This document shows, one piece after another, positions 32,785 through 45,440 of a stretch of 64,000 nt of DNA. How positions within the stretch are numbered: position 1 is the first letter of the stretch; each line of letters starts with the position of its first letter. Location: the NCBI GenBank assembly GCA_963823665.1, contig CAWGMQ010000004.1, positions 832,001-896,000 of the forward strand. Direction: 5' to 3'. A model generated the notes under the pieces. That model saw only the letters and a program-made list of their open reading frames with translations, ran no database searches and was not told the DNA's origin. This DNA is from an uncultured Planctomycetota bacterium (GTDB lineage Bacteria > Planctomycetota > Planctomycetia > Isosphaerales > Isosphaeraceae). The translations under genes were made by a program, and so were the position numbers.

Positions 32785-33222
32785 ATGACACCCCAGGAAC
32801 TGGAGATCCTCTGGCGAGAACACCTCGCAGGCGAGTTCGTGAGCAAAGACGTCGAGGCCACCCTCGCCACCATGGTCGAAGATGCCAGCGTCGACCACGT
32901 CCCGGTCCACACCGGAGGCTCCGGCAAAGCAGCCCTCCGCGCATTCTACCGCGACGTCTTCATCCCATCCTGGCCGGACGATCTCGTCCAGACACCGATC
33001 AACCGCGTCGTCGGCCAGGATCAGGTGGCCGATGAGATCCGGATCCAATTCACGCACGAGCGTCCCATGGACTGGCTGCTGCCCGGAGTGCCCCCCACAG
33101 GCAAGAAGATCGACGTCACCATGGTCGTCATCGTCCAGTTCCGCGAGGGAAAGATCGCATGCGAAAGAATCTACTGGGACCACGCCAGCGTGCTGCGCCA
33201 GGCCGGCTTGCTCAAAGAATGA
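32785..33222 (+). CDS. SnoaL-like ester cyclase / NTF2-fold protein
   Basis: DVEATLATM, VDHVPVHTGGSG, LPGVPPTGKK and ERIYWDHASVLRQAGLL. Confidence 0.85.
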   Translation: MTPQELEILWREHLAGEFVSKDVEATLATMVEDASVDHVPVHTGGSGKAALRAFYRDVFIPSWPDDLVQTPINRVVGQDQVADEIRIQFTHERPMDWLLPGVPPTGKKIDVTMVVIVQFREGKIACERIYWDHASVLRQAGLLKE

Positions 33223-34241
33223 CCGCATTGCTCTGCCTCATGACCCTCCAAGCACTCCCTTCACGCGGAGCAGCGCAAGAACCACCGGAATCGCCCATCG
33301 CCACGCTGAAACGAGACGCTCTTGCCCTGCAGCCGCTTGTCACATCCGCGCTCGCCAAAGACTTCCTGCATGCAACCGCAAATCTCACCGCCACCACCCC
33401 ACGCACCGTCTACCTCGACGAACCCACCAAGACCTACAAGAGCGAAGCCGCCGCAGCCGCCTTGAGCCCGGAAGAAAAGGCCAAGCTCAAGCGCGTCGAT
33501 CTCGACGCCTCGTTCTACTGGAATACAAAGTACGGCTCGCCTCTGGCCTACACCCGGCCGCTCGACGTGCTCGGCCGCTCCGGTCTGAACGATGTCTCCG
33601 GACTGAAAATCCTCGACTTCGGTTACGGCACGATCGGCCACCTCCGGCTCCTCGCCTCGCTCGGCGCCGACTTGACGGGCATCGACGTCGACCCGCTCTT
33701 GCACGCCCTCTACTCCGCCCCCGCGGACCAGGGTCTCGTCAAGAATCCAACCGGCCGGAACGGAGCGATCCGATTGATCGCCGGCCGTTTTCCCTCTGAC
33801 CCGGCCACCACCGCCGCTGGCGGTTCTTACGATGTGTTCATATCGAAAAATACATTGAAGAAGGGATACGTTCATCCCGAGCAGAAAGTTGAGGAACGCC
33901 GGCTGCTCAATCTGGGCGTGGACGACCTCACCTTCGTCAAGGCGCTCCATCACGCATTGAAACCCGGCGCATGGGTGCTCATCTACAACATCTGTCCCGC
34001 GCCCAGTCCTCCCGGCCAGCCCTACAAGAACTGGGCCGACGGCCGTTGCCCCTTCCCCAGAGACGTTTGGGAAAAAGCCGGCTTTCGCGTGATCGTCTTC
34101 GACGTGGACGACTCCCAAACCGTGCGGGGTATTGCCCATGCGCTGGGCTGGGACCAGGGCAGCGAACCGATCGATCTCAAGTCCGACCTCTTCGCCATGT
34201 ACTCCTTGATGAAGCGAAATAAGGACGACGGTTCCCGGTGA
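33219..34241 (+). CDS. Secreted protein with class I SAM-methyltransferase-like fold
   Basis: ATG overlaps the upstream stop (ATGA). Motifs ILDFGYGTIG, LTGIDVD and ALKPGAWVLIY. Confidence 0.65.
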   Translation: MTALLCLMTLQALPSRGAAQEPPESPIATLKRDALALQPLVTSALAKDFLHATANLTATTPRTVYLDEPTKTYKSEAAAAALSPEEKAKLKRVDLDASFYWNTKYGSPLAYTRPLDVLGRSGLNDVSGLKILDFGYGTIGHLRLLASLGADLTGIDVDPLLHALYSAPADQGLVKNPTGRNGAIRLIAGRFPSDPATTAAGGSYDVFISKNTLKKGYVHPEQKVEERRLLNLGVDDLTFVKALHHALKPGAWVLIYNICPAPSPPGQPYKNWADGRCPFPRDVWEKAGFRVIVFDVDDSQTVRGIAHALGWDQGSEPIDLKSDLFAMYSLMKRNKDDGSR

Positions 34242-34434
34242 TGTTCCCGCAAACGCCACTTGAATTCTCACACTCATTCGACGATCATTGAACGGTGATC
34301 GAGCCCAGAACGGCCAGATGCTTCGCCTGAACCGATCACCGCACCGCAACCTTGTTGCGGTGAGGAAAGCTCTGAGGTTCGTGACGGGTCGCCTTTTCAA
34401 GCTCCGTAATCCACTCACTCCTTGATGGCAGACC

Positions 34435-34890
34435 ATGAAACCAATCACCAATCTTCTCGCCCCTGTTGCCCTGGTCGTTTTGTTCGCAGCCAGTTCGAAT
34501 GCGCAGACCCAAGCCACAACAAAAGCCGATTCGTCCGGCGACGGCTCGACTCCGAAAGCCCAGGCGCCGGCCGCGACGCCCACTGATCAACCTGCGGCCA
34601 CCACCCCAACCACGAGCGCCCCAAAGGCGAGCGGGAAGTCAACGCTGTCGCGCAAGTCGCGCAAACTTCCACCCCCACCCCCGCCGACCGCTCGGCACCA
34701 CACCCGGCCCGCGAAGAAACCAAAACTCGGCGCGGCCACCGACAACGCGACCGATCTCGATGCGTACGGTCGCGTCGACAACTCCGGCAAAATCGTAGGG
34801 TTCTACCCCTCCGCGCGGGGAAGCCGCCCTACGGGCAAAACCCAGACTCCCGCCTCCAGAAAAGGCCAGCGCCCGAAGGGGCCCAAGTGA
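34435..34890 (+). CDS. Secreted low-complexity basic protein
   Basis: Signal peptide MKPITNLLAPVALVVLFAASSNA followed by a Pro/Thr/Lys-rich body. Confidence 0.6.
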   Translation: MKPITNLLAPVALVVLFAASSNAQTQATTKADSSGDGSTPKAQAPAATPTDQPAATTPTTSAPKASGKSTLSRKSRKLPPPPPPTARHHTRPAKKPKLGAATDNATDLDAYGRVDNSGKIVGFYPSARGSRPTGKTQTPASRKGQRPKGPK

Positions 34891-34955
34891 AGTGTCCCCC
34901 ATCAAGGGCCGACTTGTTGGGCGCGGGTCTCCTGACCCCGCCCTCCTCAGCGAAT

Positions 34956-37601
<2,646 letters not shown>

Positions 37602-37622
37602 GAAAGGCTCGCGAAAAGAGGA

Positions 37623-39557
37623 TTATTTCTTCTCTTCGAATTCGACGTCGATCACATCCTCGGGCTTCGGCCCGGGACCGTCAGCCCCAGCCCCCGGCGG
37701 CGGACCACCGGCTCCCGGCGGCGGACCTTCGCCTGCCCCCGGCCCCGCTTTCCCGCTCGAGTACAGATGCTCGGCCATCGCCTGGCTCGCTCGCTGAAGC
37801 TCCTCGAGCGCTCGATTGATCGCGGCCGCGTCATCCTGGCTCTTCACCTGGTTCACCTTCTCGATCGCCGCCGTCACGGCCGCGCGGTCCGATTCGCTGA
37901 GCTTCTCCTTGTTCTCCTCGATCAGCTTCTCGAGCTGGTAAACCTGCTGCTCGGCATGGTTCCTCGCCTCCGCCAGCTCACGCCGCTTCTTGTCCTCGGC
38001 CGCATGCGCATCGGCATCGCGCTTCATCCGCTCGATCTCGTCCTTGTCCAGGCCCCCCGAGCCCTCGATGCGAATCGACTGCTCCTTGCCCGTTCCCTGG
38101 TCGCGCACCGTCACGTTCAACATGCCGTTCGCGTCGATGTTGAACGACACCTCGATCTTGGGAATTCCCATCCTCGCCGGCGGAATGCCCTCGAGGTTGA
38201 ATTCCTTGAGGAACCGGTTGTCGCTCGCCATCGGCCGCTCACCTTGATACACCTTGATCGTCACCGCGGTCTGGTTGTCGTCGGCCGTCGTGAACGTCTC
38301 TTTCTTCTCGGTGGGAATCGTCGTGTTCCTGGGAACCAGCACCGTCATGACGCCTCCCTTCGTCTCCAGCCCGAGCGAAAGCGGCGTGACGTCCAGCAAC
38401 AGCACTTCCTTGACCTCGCCGGTCAAGACCGCCCCCTGGATCGCCGCGCCCACGGCAACGACTTCGTCGGGATTCACCCCCTTGTGAGGCTCCTTCCCGA
38501 AGATGTCCTTGACGATCTGCTGCACCCGCGGCATCCGCGTCGAGCCACCCACGAGCACCACTTCATCAACTTCCGCCGGCTTGAGCTTCGCATCCTCCAT
38601 CGCCTTGAGCACCGGCCCGCGGCACCGCTCGAACAGGCTATCGGTCAACTTCTCGAATTGAGCGCGCGTGATGCTCATCGCCAGATGCTTCGGCCCCTGG
38701 GCATCGGCCGTGATGAACGGCAGGTTGATGTCGGCCTGCGCGTGGAACGACAGGTCCTTCTTCGCCTTCTCCGCCGCCTCTTTCAGCCGCTGCAAGGCCA
38801 TCTGGTCCTTCCGCAAGTCGATCCCTTGCTCCTTCTTGAACTCGCCCGCGATGTGGTTCATGAGCGCCTCATCCCAGTCGTCGCCGCCCAGGTGAGTGTC
38901 GCCGTTCGTCGACAGCACTTCGAAGACGCCGTCCGCCACGTCGAGAATCGAAATGTCGAACGTGCCGCCCCCGAGGTCGAACACGGCGATCTTCTCGTTC
39001 TTCTTCTTTTCCAGCCCATACGCCAGCGCCGCCGCGGTCGGCTCGTTGATGATCCGCGCCACCTCGAGGCCCGCAATCTGCCCTGCGTCCTTCGTCGCCT
39101 GCCGCTGACTGTCGTTAAAGTAAGCCGGCACCGTGATCACGGCTTTCCGCACCTTGTGCCCGAGGTAGCTCTCGGCAGCCTCCTTCAACTTGCGAAGGAT
39201 CATCGCCGAGACTTCGGGAGGCGTGTAGTCCTTCTTGCTCGTGTGCACTTTCACGAACTCGTTCGACCCCCCCAGAACCTTGTAGGGGACCATCGTCTCC
39301 TCGGTCTTCACCTCATCATGACGCCGCCCCATGAAGCGCTTGATCGAGTAGACCGTTTCAGTCGGATTCGTGATCGCCTGCCGCTTGGCCGGATCGCCCA
39401 CCAGGGTGTCGCCCTTGGGAGTAAACGCCACCACCGACGGCGTCAGTCGACTGCCGTCCTGATTGGGGATGACCGTGACATCCCCGCCCTCCATCACCGC
39501 GACCACACTGTTGGTCGTCCCCAGATCGATCCCAATAATCTTTTCACCTTCCGACAC
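37623..39557 (-). CDS. dnaK: Chaperone DnaK
   Basis: [36 protein letters not shown] and the C-terminal [11 protein letters not shown]. Confidence 0.98.
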   Translation of the reverse strand: MSEGEKIIGIDLGTTNSVVAVMEGGDVTVIPNQDGSRLTPSVVAFTPKGDTLVGDPAKRQAITNPTETVYSIKRFMGRRHDEVKTEETMVPYKVLGGSNEFVKVHTSKKDYTPPEVSAMILRKLKEAAESYLGHKVRKAVITVPAYFNDSQRQATKDAGQIAGLEVARIINEPTAAALAYGLEKKKNEKIAVFDLGGGTFDISILDVADGVFEVLSTNGDTHLGGDDWDEALMNHIAGEFKKEQGIDLRKDQMALQRLKEAAEKAKKDLSFHAQADINLPFITADAQGPKHLAMSITRAQFEKLTDSLFERCRGPVLKAMEDAKLKPAEVDEVVLVGGSTRMPRVQQIVKDIFGKEPHKGVNPDEVVAVGAAIQGAVLTGEVKEVLLLDVTPLSLGLETKGGVMTVLVPRNTTIPTEKKETFTTADDNQTAVTIKVYQGERPMASDNRFLKEFNLEGIPPARMGIPKIEVSFNIDANGMLNVTVRDQGTGKEQSIRIEGSGGLDKDEIERMKRDADAHAAEDKKRRELAEARNHAEQQVYQLEKLIEENKEKLSESDRAAVTAAIEKVNQVKSQDDAAAINRALEELQRASQAMAEHLYSSGKAGPGAGEGPPPGAGGPPPGAGADGPGPKPEDVIDVEFEEKK

Positions 39558-39744
39558 GACGCGTCTCCTTTCCCAGGTTGCGCGCTCACTCGCCCGACCA
39601 GCTTTTCACCTCGTCGTCGAGGCGACACTCGAAAAACCGTCGCCACTCCGACCTCGCGGACCACACGATCCGCTATCCACAATACCCAATCTCGCCGCCG
39701 TTTTCTCACGGCCACCAGGCGCATTGTTTTGAATCAATTCCAAT

Positions 39745-39760
39745 AGCAAGCACCATGCCA
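39745..39760 (-). promoter_or_regulatory. Sigma-54 (-24/-12) promoter of dnaK-clpB
   Basis: Minus strand TGGCAT-GGTGC-TTGCT matches TGGCAC-N5-TTGCW, about 190 nt upstream of dnaK. Confidence 0.7.
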
Positions 39761-39856
39761 CATGACGGAACTCGTCGATTGAACGATATAACCTGAACAG
39801 GCAAAACGCGTTATCACCCTAAGATTCCGGACGGTCGCCCCGCGCTCCTCAGGGAA

Positions 39857-39915
39857 GACTGCCAAATCGACAGTGCCCTGTTCCCGACCTCTCGTCGACT
39901 GCAAAAATGGCAGTC
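39857..39915. promoter_or_regulatory. Paired palindromic sites (candidate enhancer/UAS)
   Basis: GACTGCCAAATCGACAGTG (39857) and GACTGCAAAAATGGCAGTC (39897), 40 bp apart and about 100-155 bp upstream of the sigma-54 site. Confidence 0.55.
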
Positions 39916-40188
39916 TGCACCCTCCGATCGGAGCAGGTGTGCATGCATGCGCCTCCGATTTTTCCGACGTTTCCTGTCGCAAGGGCCAGTGTTGCCTCGG
40001 CAGGGGCCATAACGGATAGAATCTGCTTGACACGGTTGGTGCTTGTCCTTTAATGACTTACTTGAGATAAACTTGCGTCGGTTTATTGCAGATGCGGGCT
40101 CCTCGGGCGCAGGGCGGGCGTTCGGGAAGTCACTCGCGTGGAAAGTGCATGGTACGATCCTTCCGACCGTCTCTTGCCGAGTTGACAA

Positions 40189-41379
40189 ATGAACCGGAAG
40201 TCATCCGCACGCAATCAACCTTCCCGTTCCCCGAAGGATCGGGCTCCTGCGCCGAAGCCTGCTGATTCGAAGCGTCACCCCAGTCTCGCGAGCCTCCGAA
40301 CTGAGATTGACCGCGTCGATCAGAACCTCGTCAGTCTGCTGAATCGCCGCGCCGAGGTTGTCTCGCAGATCGGTCAGCTCAAGCAGGACCAGGGGATTGA
40401 GGTCTGGTCCGCCGCGCGGGAAGACGAGGTCATCGCTCAGGTCTTGAGTGCCAGCAAGGGACCGCTTCCCCAGGAAACGTTACGAATCATCTTCCGCGAG
40501 CTCATGAGCGGCTCCCGGGCGCTTCAGCGTGCCATCCGCGTCTCCTATCTTGGGCCAAAATACAGTTACAGCCATCTCGCGTCGGTCGCAAAATTTGGCG
40601 AAGCGGTCGAGCACGTCCCGGTCGCGTCGATCTCGGCTGTCTTCGAAGAGGTCAATCGCCGCCACGTCCAGTATGGCCTGGTGCCGCTCGAGAACTCGAC
40701 CGACGGGCGGGTCGCCGACACCCTTGACATGTTCATCAAGCTTCCAAATCTCAAGATCCGGGCCGAAGTGAAGCTGCGGGTTCACCACTGTCTGCTCGGT
40801 CGTTGCGAGTGGAGCCAGATTCGTCGGGTCTATTCCAAGTCGCAGGCTCTCTCGCAGTGTCGCAACTGGCTGACCAAGAACGTTCCGCAGGCAACGAAGG
40901 TCGAGGTGGTTTCGACTGCCGCTGCCGCCGAGCTCGCCCAGCGCGAGGAGTTTGCCGCCGCCGTCGCCAGCCGTGCCGCCGGTAGTGCCTACCGGCTCGA
41001 CGTGCTCGCCGAGAACATCGAAGATCAACCGCACAACGTCACCCGCTTTGCTGTGATCGGCGACCGCGCCGAGGAGCGCACCGGCCGCGACAAGACAACC
41101 CTGATGATCCGGCTCTCCAACCAAGCCGGTTCGCTCGCCAAGATGATCACCCCCTTCGAAAAATTCGGCGTTAACCTCACCTGGATCGAGTCCTTCCCGA
41201 TCCCCGGCTCCGGTGGCGGCAAGTCGGGTGAAACCAACCCGTCCTATCTCTTCTTTGTGGACGTCGAAGGCTATCAGTCCGACAAGGCCGTCCACCAGGC
41301 GATCGAAATGGTTCGTAAACGATGCGAACAGCTCGACGTCATCGGCTCCTATCCCCGCAGCAATTGCATCGAGAGCTGA
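40189..41379 (+). CDS. pheA: Chorismate mutase / prephenate dehydratase
   Basis: LRTEIDRVD (CM), YLGPKYSYSH, VPLENSTDG, NVTRFAVI, and the ACT-domain motif NLTWIES. Confidence 0.95.
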   Translation: MNRKSSARNQPSRSPKDRAPAPKPADSKRHPSLASLRTEIDRVDQNLVSLLNRRAEVVSQIGQLKQDQGIEVWSAAREDEVIAQVLSASKGPLPQETLRIIFRELMSGSRALQRAIRVSYLGPKYSYSHLASVAKFGEAVEHVPVASISAVFEEVNRRHVQYGLVPLENSTDGRVADTLDMFIKLPNLKIRAEVKLRVHHCLLGRCEWSQIRRVYSKSQALSQCRNWLTKNVPQATKVEVVSTAAAAELAQREEFAAAVASRAAGSAYRLDVLAENIEDQPHNVTRFAVIGDRAEERTGRDKTTLMIRLSNQAGSLAKMITPFEKFGVNLTWIESFPIPGSGGGKSGETNPSYLFFVDVEGYQSDKAVHQAIEMVRKRCEQLDVIGSYPRSNCIES

Positions 41380-41465
41380 GCTGAGCAAGCCGCCGATAGT
41401 CGCCTTTCGCTCCGCGAAAGTGCGTCCCGCACCAATTGCATCGAGACTTGAGCTGAGCAAGCCGC
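41354..41465 (+). repeat. 40-bp direct repeat of the pheA 3' end flanking a REP-like hairpin
   Basis: 41354-41393 versus 41426-41465 (3 mismatches), with CTTTCGC-TCC-GCGAAAG between them. Confidence 0.85.
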
Positions 41466-41518
41466 GGGCGCTGTTCAAGCCCCGAACGGGGCGAAATCGT
41501 ACAGCCTGGGGCGTAAGC

Positions 41519-43083
41519 CTTTGTCCTTACCATCATTTTCTGGTGGTCATAGGTGCGCTTCCCCGGCCTTTTCCCGGCTTTTCTCGCTTCGCACCTGGTA
41601 ATATCAAGCCAAGCCACACGCTGAGGTGGGGGGGAGGGATCGCGTTTCAACCGCCGGAGCCTCGGATGGACGCCTTTCTTTCAGATGCGCAGACTTGGGC
41701 CATGACCCAATTCGCCACCACTGATCTTCATGACGAACGCCGTACCAAACGACTCGTTCTGTTGGCAACGCAGATCGCCGCAGATCCGTCCGGGAGTTTT
41801 CCTCAGCAAACCGAATCCTGGAATGATCTGAGGGCCGCATACAATTTCTTCGATTGTGAGGACGTCACCTTTCAAGCGATCGCCAGTCACCATTGGGAGC
41901 TTACCAAGAAGACAGCAGGTGAGCGTCAATTGATCATCGCAGACACGACCGAAATCGATTACGGGCCGTGCCGACAGGTCACAGGTCTTTCGCCGGTTGG
42001 TTCGGGTATCGGACAAGGCTTTCACCTTCACTCGGGTTTGATGGTTTCCCCCGAAGACGACCGGGTTCACGGCTTGGCCGGACAACTGATCTATCATCGT
42101 CAGCGCGTTCGTAAGGGGGAGACGCGGACCGAACGGTTGCAGCGTGACGATCGCGAATCACAGATCTGGGGTGATCTTGTCATCCAAATGGGATCCCCGC
42201 CGTCGGGAACCTCCTGGATTCACGTAGTTGATCGTGGCGCCGACGACTTTGAGTTTTTCTATCACTGCCAGCAGACAGAAACCGAATGGGTGGCGCGAGC
42301 CAAGAGCCTGATCCGGATCATTATCACGCCGGAGAGCGGGGAAACGCCGCTGAAAGCCTACTTAGGGACCCTGCCGCGGGCTGGATGTTACACGCTCAAT
42401 CTGCGGGCTCGCCCCAAAGCACCGGCTCGGACGGCCAAGCTGGTGGTCGCCATCGGGGCCTTACGGATGCCGACGCCGAAACTCAAAAGCCCATTTCTGA
42501 AGCAGGTCAAGCCCGCGGCGATCCCCATGTGGGTCGTCTGGGTGCGCGAGGTAGATGCTCCCGACGGAGTGGAGGCGATCGAGTGGGTGCTTTACACTTC
42601 TTTGCTGGTGGAGGATTTTGAAGATGCTATGGCGATCGTGGGGTACTACGGGAAGAGGTGGCTAATCGAGGAGTGGCACAAGGTCCTGAAAACAGGCTTT
42701 CAGGTAGAACGTCGCCAGCTCAAGACGTGCGATCGTCTCGAAGCCATGATGGGATTGATGTCTGTGGAAGCACTGCGGTTGTTCCAGTTGAAGGGAATGG
42801 CGCGGACAGCTCCCGAGCAGCCTGCGACCGAGGTGGTACCGCCCAAATACGTGATGATGCTGAAGGTGGTGCGCAGATTGGCGCCCACGACAATATTAAC
42901 TGCGGGAGGATTTTTTCGGGAGTTGGCCAAGCTGGGAGGGTTCCTGGGCCGCCGCCACGATGGGGAGCCAGGTTGGATGACGATCTGGCGGGGTTGGGAC
43001 AAGCTGCAGATCATGATCCGGGGCGCCGAGGCTATCATCGACGTATCTTCATCGGTATGATGAAGATGATGGTAAGGACAAAG
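41519..43083 (+). mobile_element. IS4-family (IS50/Tn5-like) insertion sequence
   Basis: Perfect 18-bp terminal inverted repeats CTTTGTCCTTACCATCAT (41519-41536 and 43066-43083). Flanking 8-bp near-duplication GCGTAAGC/GCGCAAGC. Confidence 0.93.
41666..43060 (+). CDS. IS4-family DDE transposase
   Basis: WAMTQF...DERRTKRL, IADTTEI, VVDRGAD, YREK motif YGKRWLIEEWHKVLK, and the Tn5-like C-terminus LAKLGGFLGRRHDGEPGWMTIWRG. Confidence 0.95.
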   Translation: MDAFLSDAQTWAMTQFATTDLHDERRTKRLVLLATQIAADPSGSFPQQTESWNDLRAAYNFFDCEDVTFQAIASHHWELTKKTAGERQLIIADTTEIDYGPCRQVTGLSPVGSGIGQGFHLHSGLMVSPEDDRVHGLAGQLIYHRQRVRKGETRTERLQRDDRESQIWGDLVIQMGSPPSGTSWIHVVDRGADDFEFFYHCQQTETEWVARAKSLIRIIITPESGETPLKAYLGTLPRAGCYTLNLRARPKAPARTAKLVVAIGALRMPTPKLKSPFLKQVKPAAIPMWVVWVREVDAPDGVEAIEWVLYTSLLVEDFEDAMAIVGYYGKRWLIEEWHKVLKTGFQVERRQLKTCDRLEAMMGLMSVEALRLFQLKGMARTAPEQPATEVVPPKYVMMLKVVRRLAPTTILTAGGFFRELAKLGGFLGRRHDGEPGWMTIWRGWDKLQIMIRGAEAIIDVSSSV

Positions 43084-43112
43084 GCGCAAGCCCCAGGAAT
43101 CGTGGCGGGACA

Positions 43113-43562
43113 TTACGGACTCGCCGGTGAAGCATTGCCGTAACCATAGTTCGTCGGTCCCTGGCGCCAGCCGTTGCTGCTCCCGGCGGCCATCTGCCGA
43201 TCACGCGACTCCTCAAGTTCGGTCATGCGCTCTTCCAGCCCCGAGTACTTGGAAAGCGAGATCATGTCCGAAATAAGGGCACGAGCGGCCTTGAGCTGCA
43301 CCGTGTCCGAGTCGCCGGCCTTCGAAATCCTGCGGATTGTCTCGACCGCGCCCCCGGAATGCTTGATCATCTGGCCCACCGCCCGATCGAGCACGCGGCG
43401 CCGATAAGACAGTGCCGCGCTTTTGACGTCGGGCTCTTTCGCCCACCGGAATGCCGTCGTCTTGGGGACTCCGTTGGCGCGCGCCCACGCGACAATCGAA
43501 ACGCCGCGTCCAATGGCAACGGCGAGTTGCTCCTTCGAGCCCTTCTCAGGTTCTTCCGACAT
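43113..43562 (-). CDS. HTH-containing hypothetical protein (phage small-terminase-like architecture)
   Basis: HTH AIGRGVSIVAWARANGVPKTTAFRWAKEP, then a helical segment DTVQLKAARALI...LEERMTELE. Confidence 0.6.
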   Translation of the reverse strand: MSEEPEKGSKEQLAVAIGRGVSIVAWARANGVPKTTAFRWAKEPDVKSAALSYRRRVLDRAVGQMIKHSGGAVETIRRISKAGDSDTVQLKAARALISDMISLSKYSGLEERMTELEESRDRQMAAGSSNGWRQGPTNYGYGNASPASP

Positions 43563-43788
43563 GTTTTCGAGCCTTCCAATAAACAAAGGTGAATGGAACT
43601 CCCCATGAACTCCCCAAGCAATCAACAACATGACTCGATTATTTGGGGTTTGTTCCTGCATTTTGTAGCGAACGACGCGCAGATTTCCCCCAGACCCCCA
43701 TAACAACGAATATGCGAGAAGTGGGCTTCGCGGCGTTGAGCATTGTGACAGGCCTGTAGCGCGATGGCGACGGCCTCGATCGATTCCT

Positions 43789-45231
43789 CTATAGCGTTGC
43801 TATCGGACTGAGCTGGAAGCCCATCGCCGCCGCCTTCCGCTGGAGCGCTCTCACCAGATTGGCTTTGATCTTGGCCTCGTACTCCTCCATCGACTGGGTC
43901 ACATACTCTTCGCCGTACTTGAGCATCCTGTAGACCAAACAGGCCAGCTTGTGTGCAGTCGCCTTGACGGCTCCAAGTCCACCGATCCGACTTTTGATCC
44001 GTCGGTAGTACATGCCCAAGGGTGTCATCGTCTTGCCTGCTGACTGCGCGGCCATCCGTAGGGCGATAGCGACTCGGTTCTTCCCTTGGCGATGACCGCG
44101 ACGTCTTTTGGTCTTATTGCTCTCATCCTGGGAAGGACAAAGACGCAGCCAACTTGCGAAGTGCTTCTCCGTGGGAAACCGACTGACGTCCACACCGATT
44201 TCGGCCAGAATGATCAGGGCCGTTCCCACGCCGATTCCCTCGATTTTTGTCAGGTCTACACCCAATGCCTGGAACAACGGGCCCGTCGCCTCGAATCGGG
44301 CATCGTTGCTTTTGCGACCACGCGTGCGTGGCTTACCAGTTTGTGTCTTCTCTCCCGCCCGGTTTTCGAATTTGGCCAGTTCGGCTTCAATCTGCTGGTC
44401 ACACTCGGTGATCTGCCCATGATGGAACTGGTACAGCTCGCGCGCCTGCCGCAGCTCGAAGAGATGTTCGGGCCGCCATGTCCCTTCCAACGCTAGGGCA
44501 ATCTGCTCCTCGCTGTGATTACAGCGCCCATGCCGCAGTTTGGCCAGCTTCTTGGGATTGCGTTGGCCTCGCAGAATGGCGTCGATGATCGAAATGCCCG
44601 TCAGTCCCGTGATGTCGCTCATGACTTCCGTCAGTTTGACGTTCATCTGCTCCAAGGCCTTCTGCATGTGTTGGACATGAGCAGCGGCGTAACGCACCAG
44701 CATCTGCCGTTGCCGGGAGTAGGCGCGCAGGGCCAACACGGAGTCCGGAGGTCGGAACGACCCACGTAAGAGGCCGTAGGAGTGCAACCGCTGGATCCAC
44801 TGCGCGTCGAGTACGTCCGTCTTGGGGCGCGCGCCACAACGCGAAAGCTGTCCCGGTTCGACCAGCATAACCTCGAAGCCCTGGGATTCGAGGAGCTCGA
44901 ACAGAGGAATCCAGTAAATGCCGGTGGATTCCAACGCGACGGTTTTTACGCCGCATTTCTTTAACCACACGGCGATCTCCTGAAGATCGGCGGTGTTGGC
45001 ACCGAACTGGCGGACTGGGTCAACGTCGCGGTCAGCGGGAACGCAGACCATATGCATGTCGGAATGAACATCAACTCCGGCTGCGTCTGGATTCACGACA
45101 CTGAGCGGTGCAGAGGAGGCGGGGACGGGGACGGGAAGCGACCTGACCCGCGGCTTGTTGGTCGGCTCCTTGGGTTTGCTCGGCTTCTTGGGCTTGCGTG
45201 GCTTCTTCGGCTCTTCGTGGGGGACAAGCAT
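43789..45231 (-). CDS. IS110-family DEDD recombinase/transposase
   Basis: GVDVHSD (D), ALESTGIYW (E), KTDVLDAQW (D, D). C-terminal IEGIG...RFPTEKHFASWLRLCP..ES and KATAHKLA. Confidence 0.95.
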   Translation of the reverse strand: MLVPHEEPKKPRKPKKPSKPKEPTNKPRVRSLPVPVPASSAPLSVVNPDAAGVDVHSDMHMVCVPADRDVDPVRQFGANTADLQEIAVWLKKCGVKTVALESTGIYWIPLFELLESQGFEVMLVEPGQLSRCGARPKTDVLDAQWIQRLHSYGLLRGSFRPPDSVLALRAYSRQRQMLVRYAAAHVQHMQKALEQMNVKLTEVMSDITGLTGISIIDAILRGQRNPKKLAKLRHGRCNHSEEQIALALEGTWRPEHLFELRQARELYQFHHGQITECDQQIEAELAKFENRAGEKTQTGKPRTRGRKSNDARFEATGPLFQALGVDLTKIEGIGVGTALIILAEIGVDVSRFPTEKHFASWLRLCPSQDESNKTKRRRGHRQGKNRVAIALRMAAQSAGKTMTPLGMYYRRIKSRIGGLGAVKATAHKLACLVYRMLKYGEEYVTQSMEEYEAKIKANLVRALQRKAAAMGFQLSPIATL

Positions 45232-45440
45232 GGGATCTCTCCGCTTCGCGGGTAGGTGTGGTGAAACGACAAGGCGCCGCGAGCCAAGAGGGGTATCGGG
45301 AACGAAATAGTCTCCCCAACGGGATCAATACCACGCCGGAAAAACCCGGCATGGCAAGTCACCAATGACAAGGTCGAAGCCTCTCGGACCATGCTGAATG
45401 TCGGGCTAAAAGCACCAACGTGCCAACGGCCACTGACGCG
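45232..45440 (-). ncRNA. Candidate IS110 bridge RNA (structured non-coding leader)
   Basis: About 200 nt of non-coding DNA directly upstream of the recombinase, with hairpins GCCGG-N6-CCGGC (45335-45350) and GTCA-N4-TGAC (45358-45369). Position matches IS110-group elements. Boundaries approximate. Confidence 0.5.

Noticed and set aside
41213..41665. N-terminal extension of the IS4 transposase in the ORF track (615 aa)
   Set aside because: The extension crosses the IS end and overlaps pheA. Transposase similarity starts at ATG 41666.
43113..43562. Prophage
   Set aside because: There is only one small HTH gene with terminase-small-subunit-like layout, and no structural, integrase or replication genes.
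41519..45440. Composite transposon formed by the two IS elements
   Set aside because: The elements belong to different families (IS4 and IS110) with different chemistry, and the IS4 element has its own target duplication.
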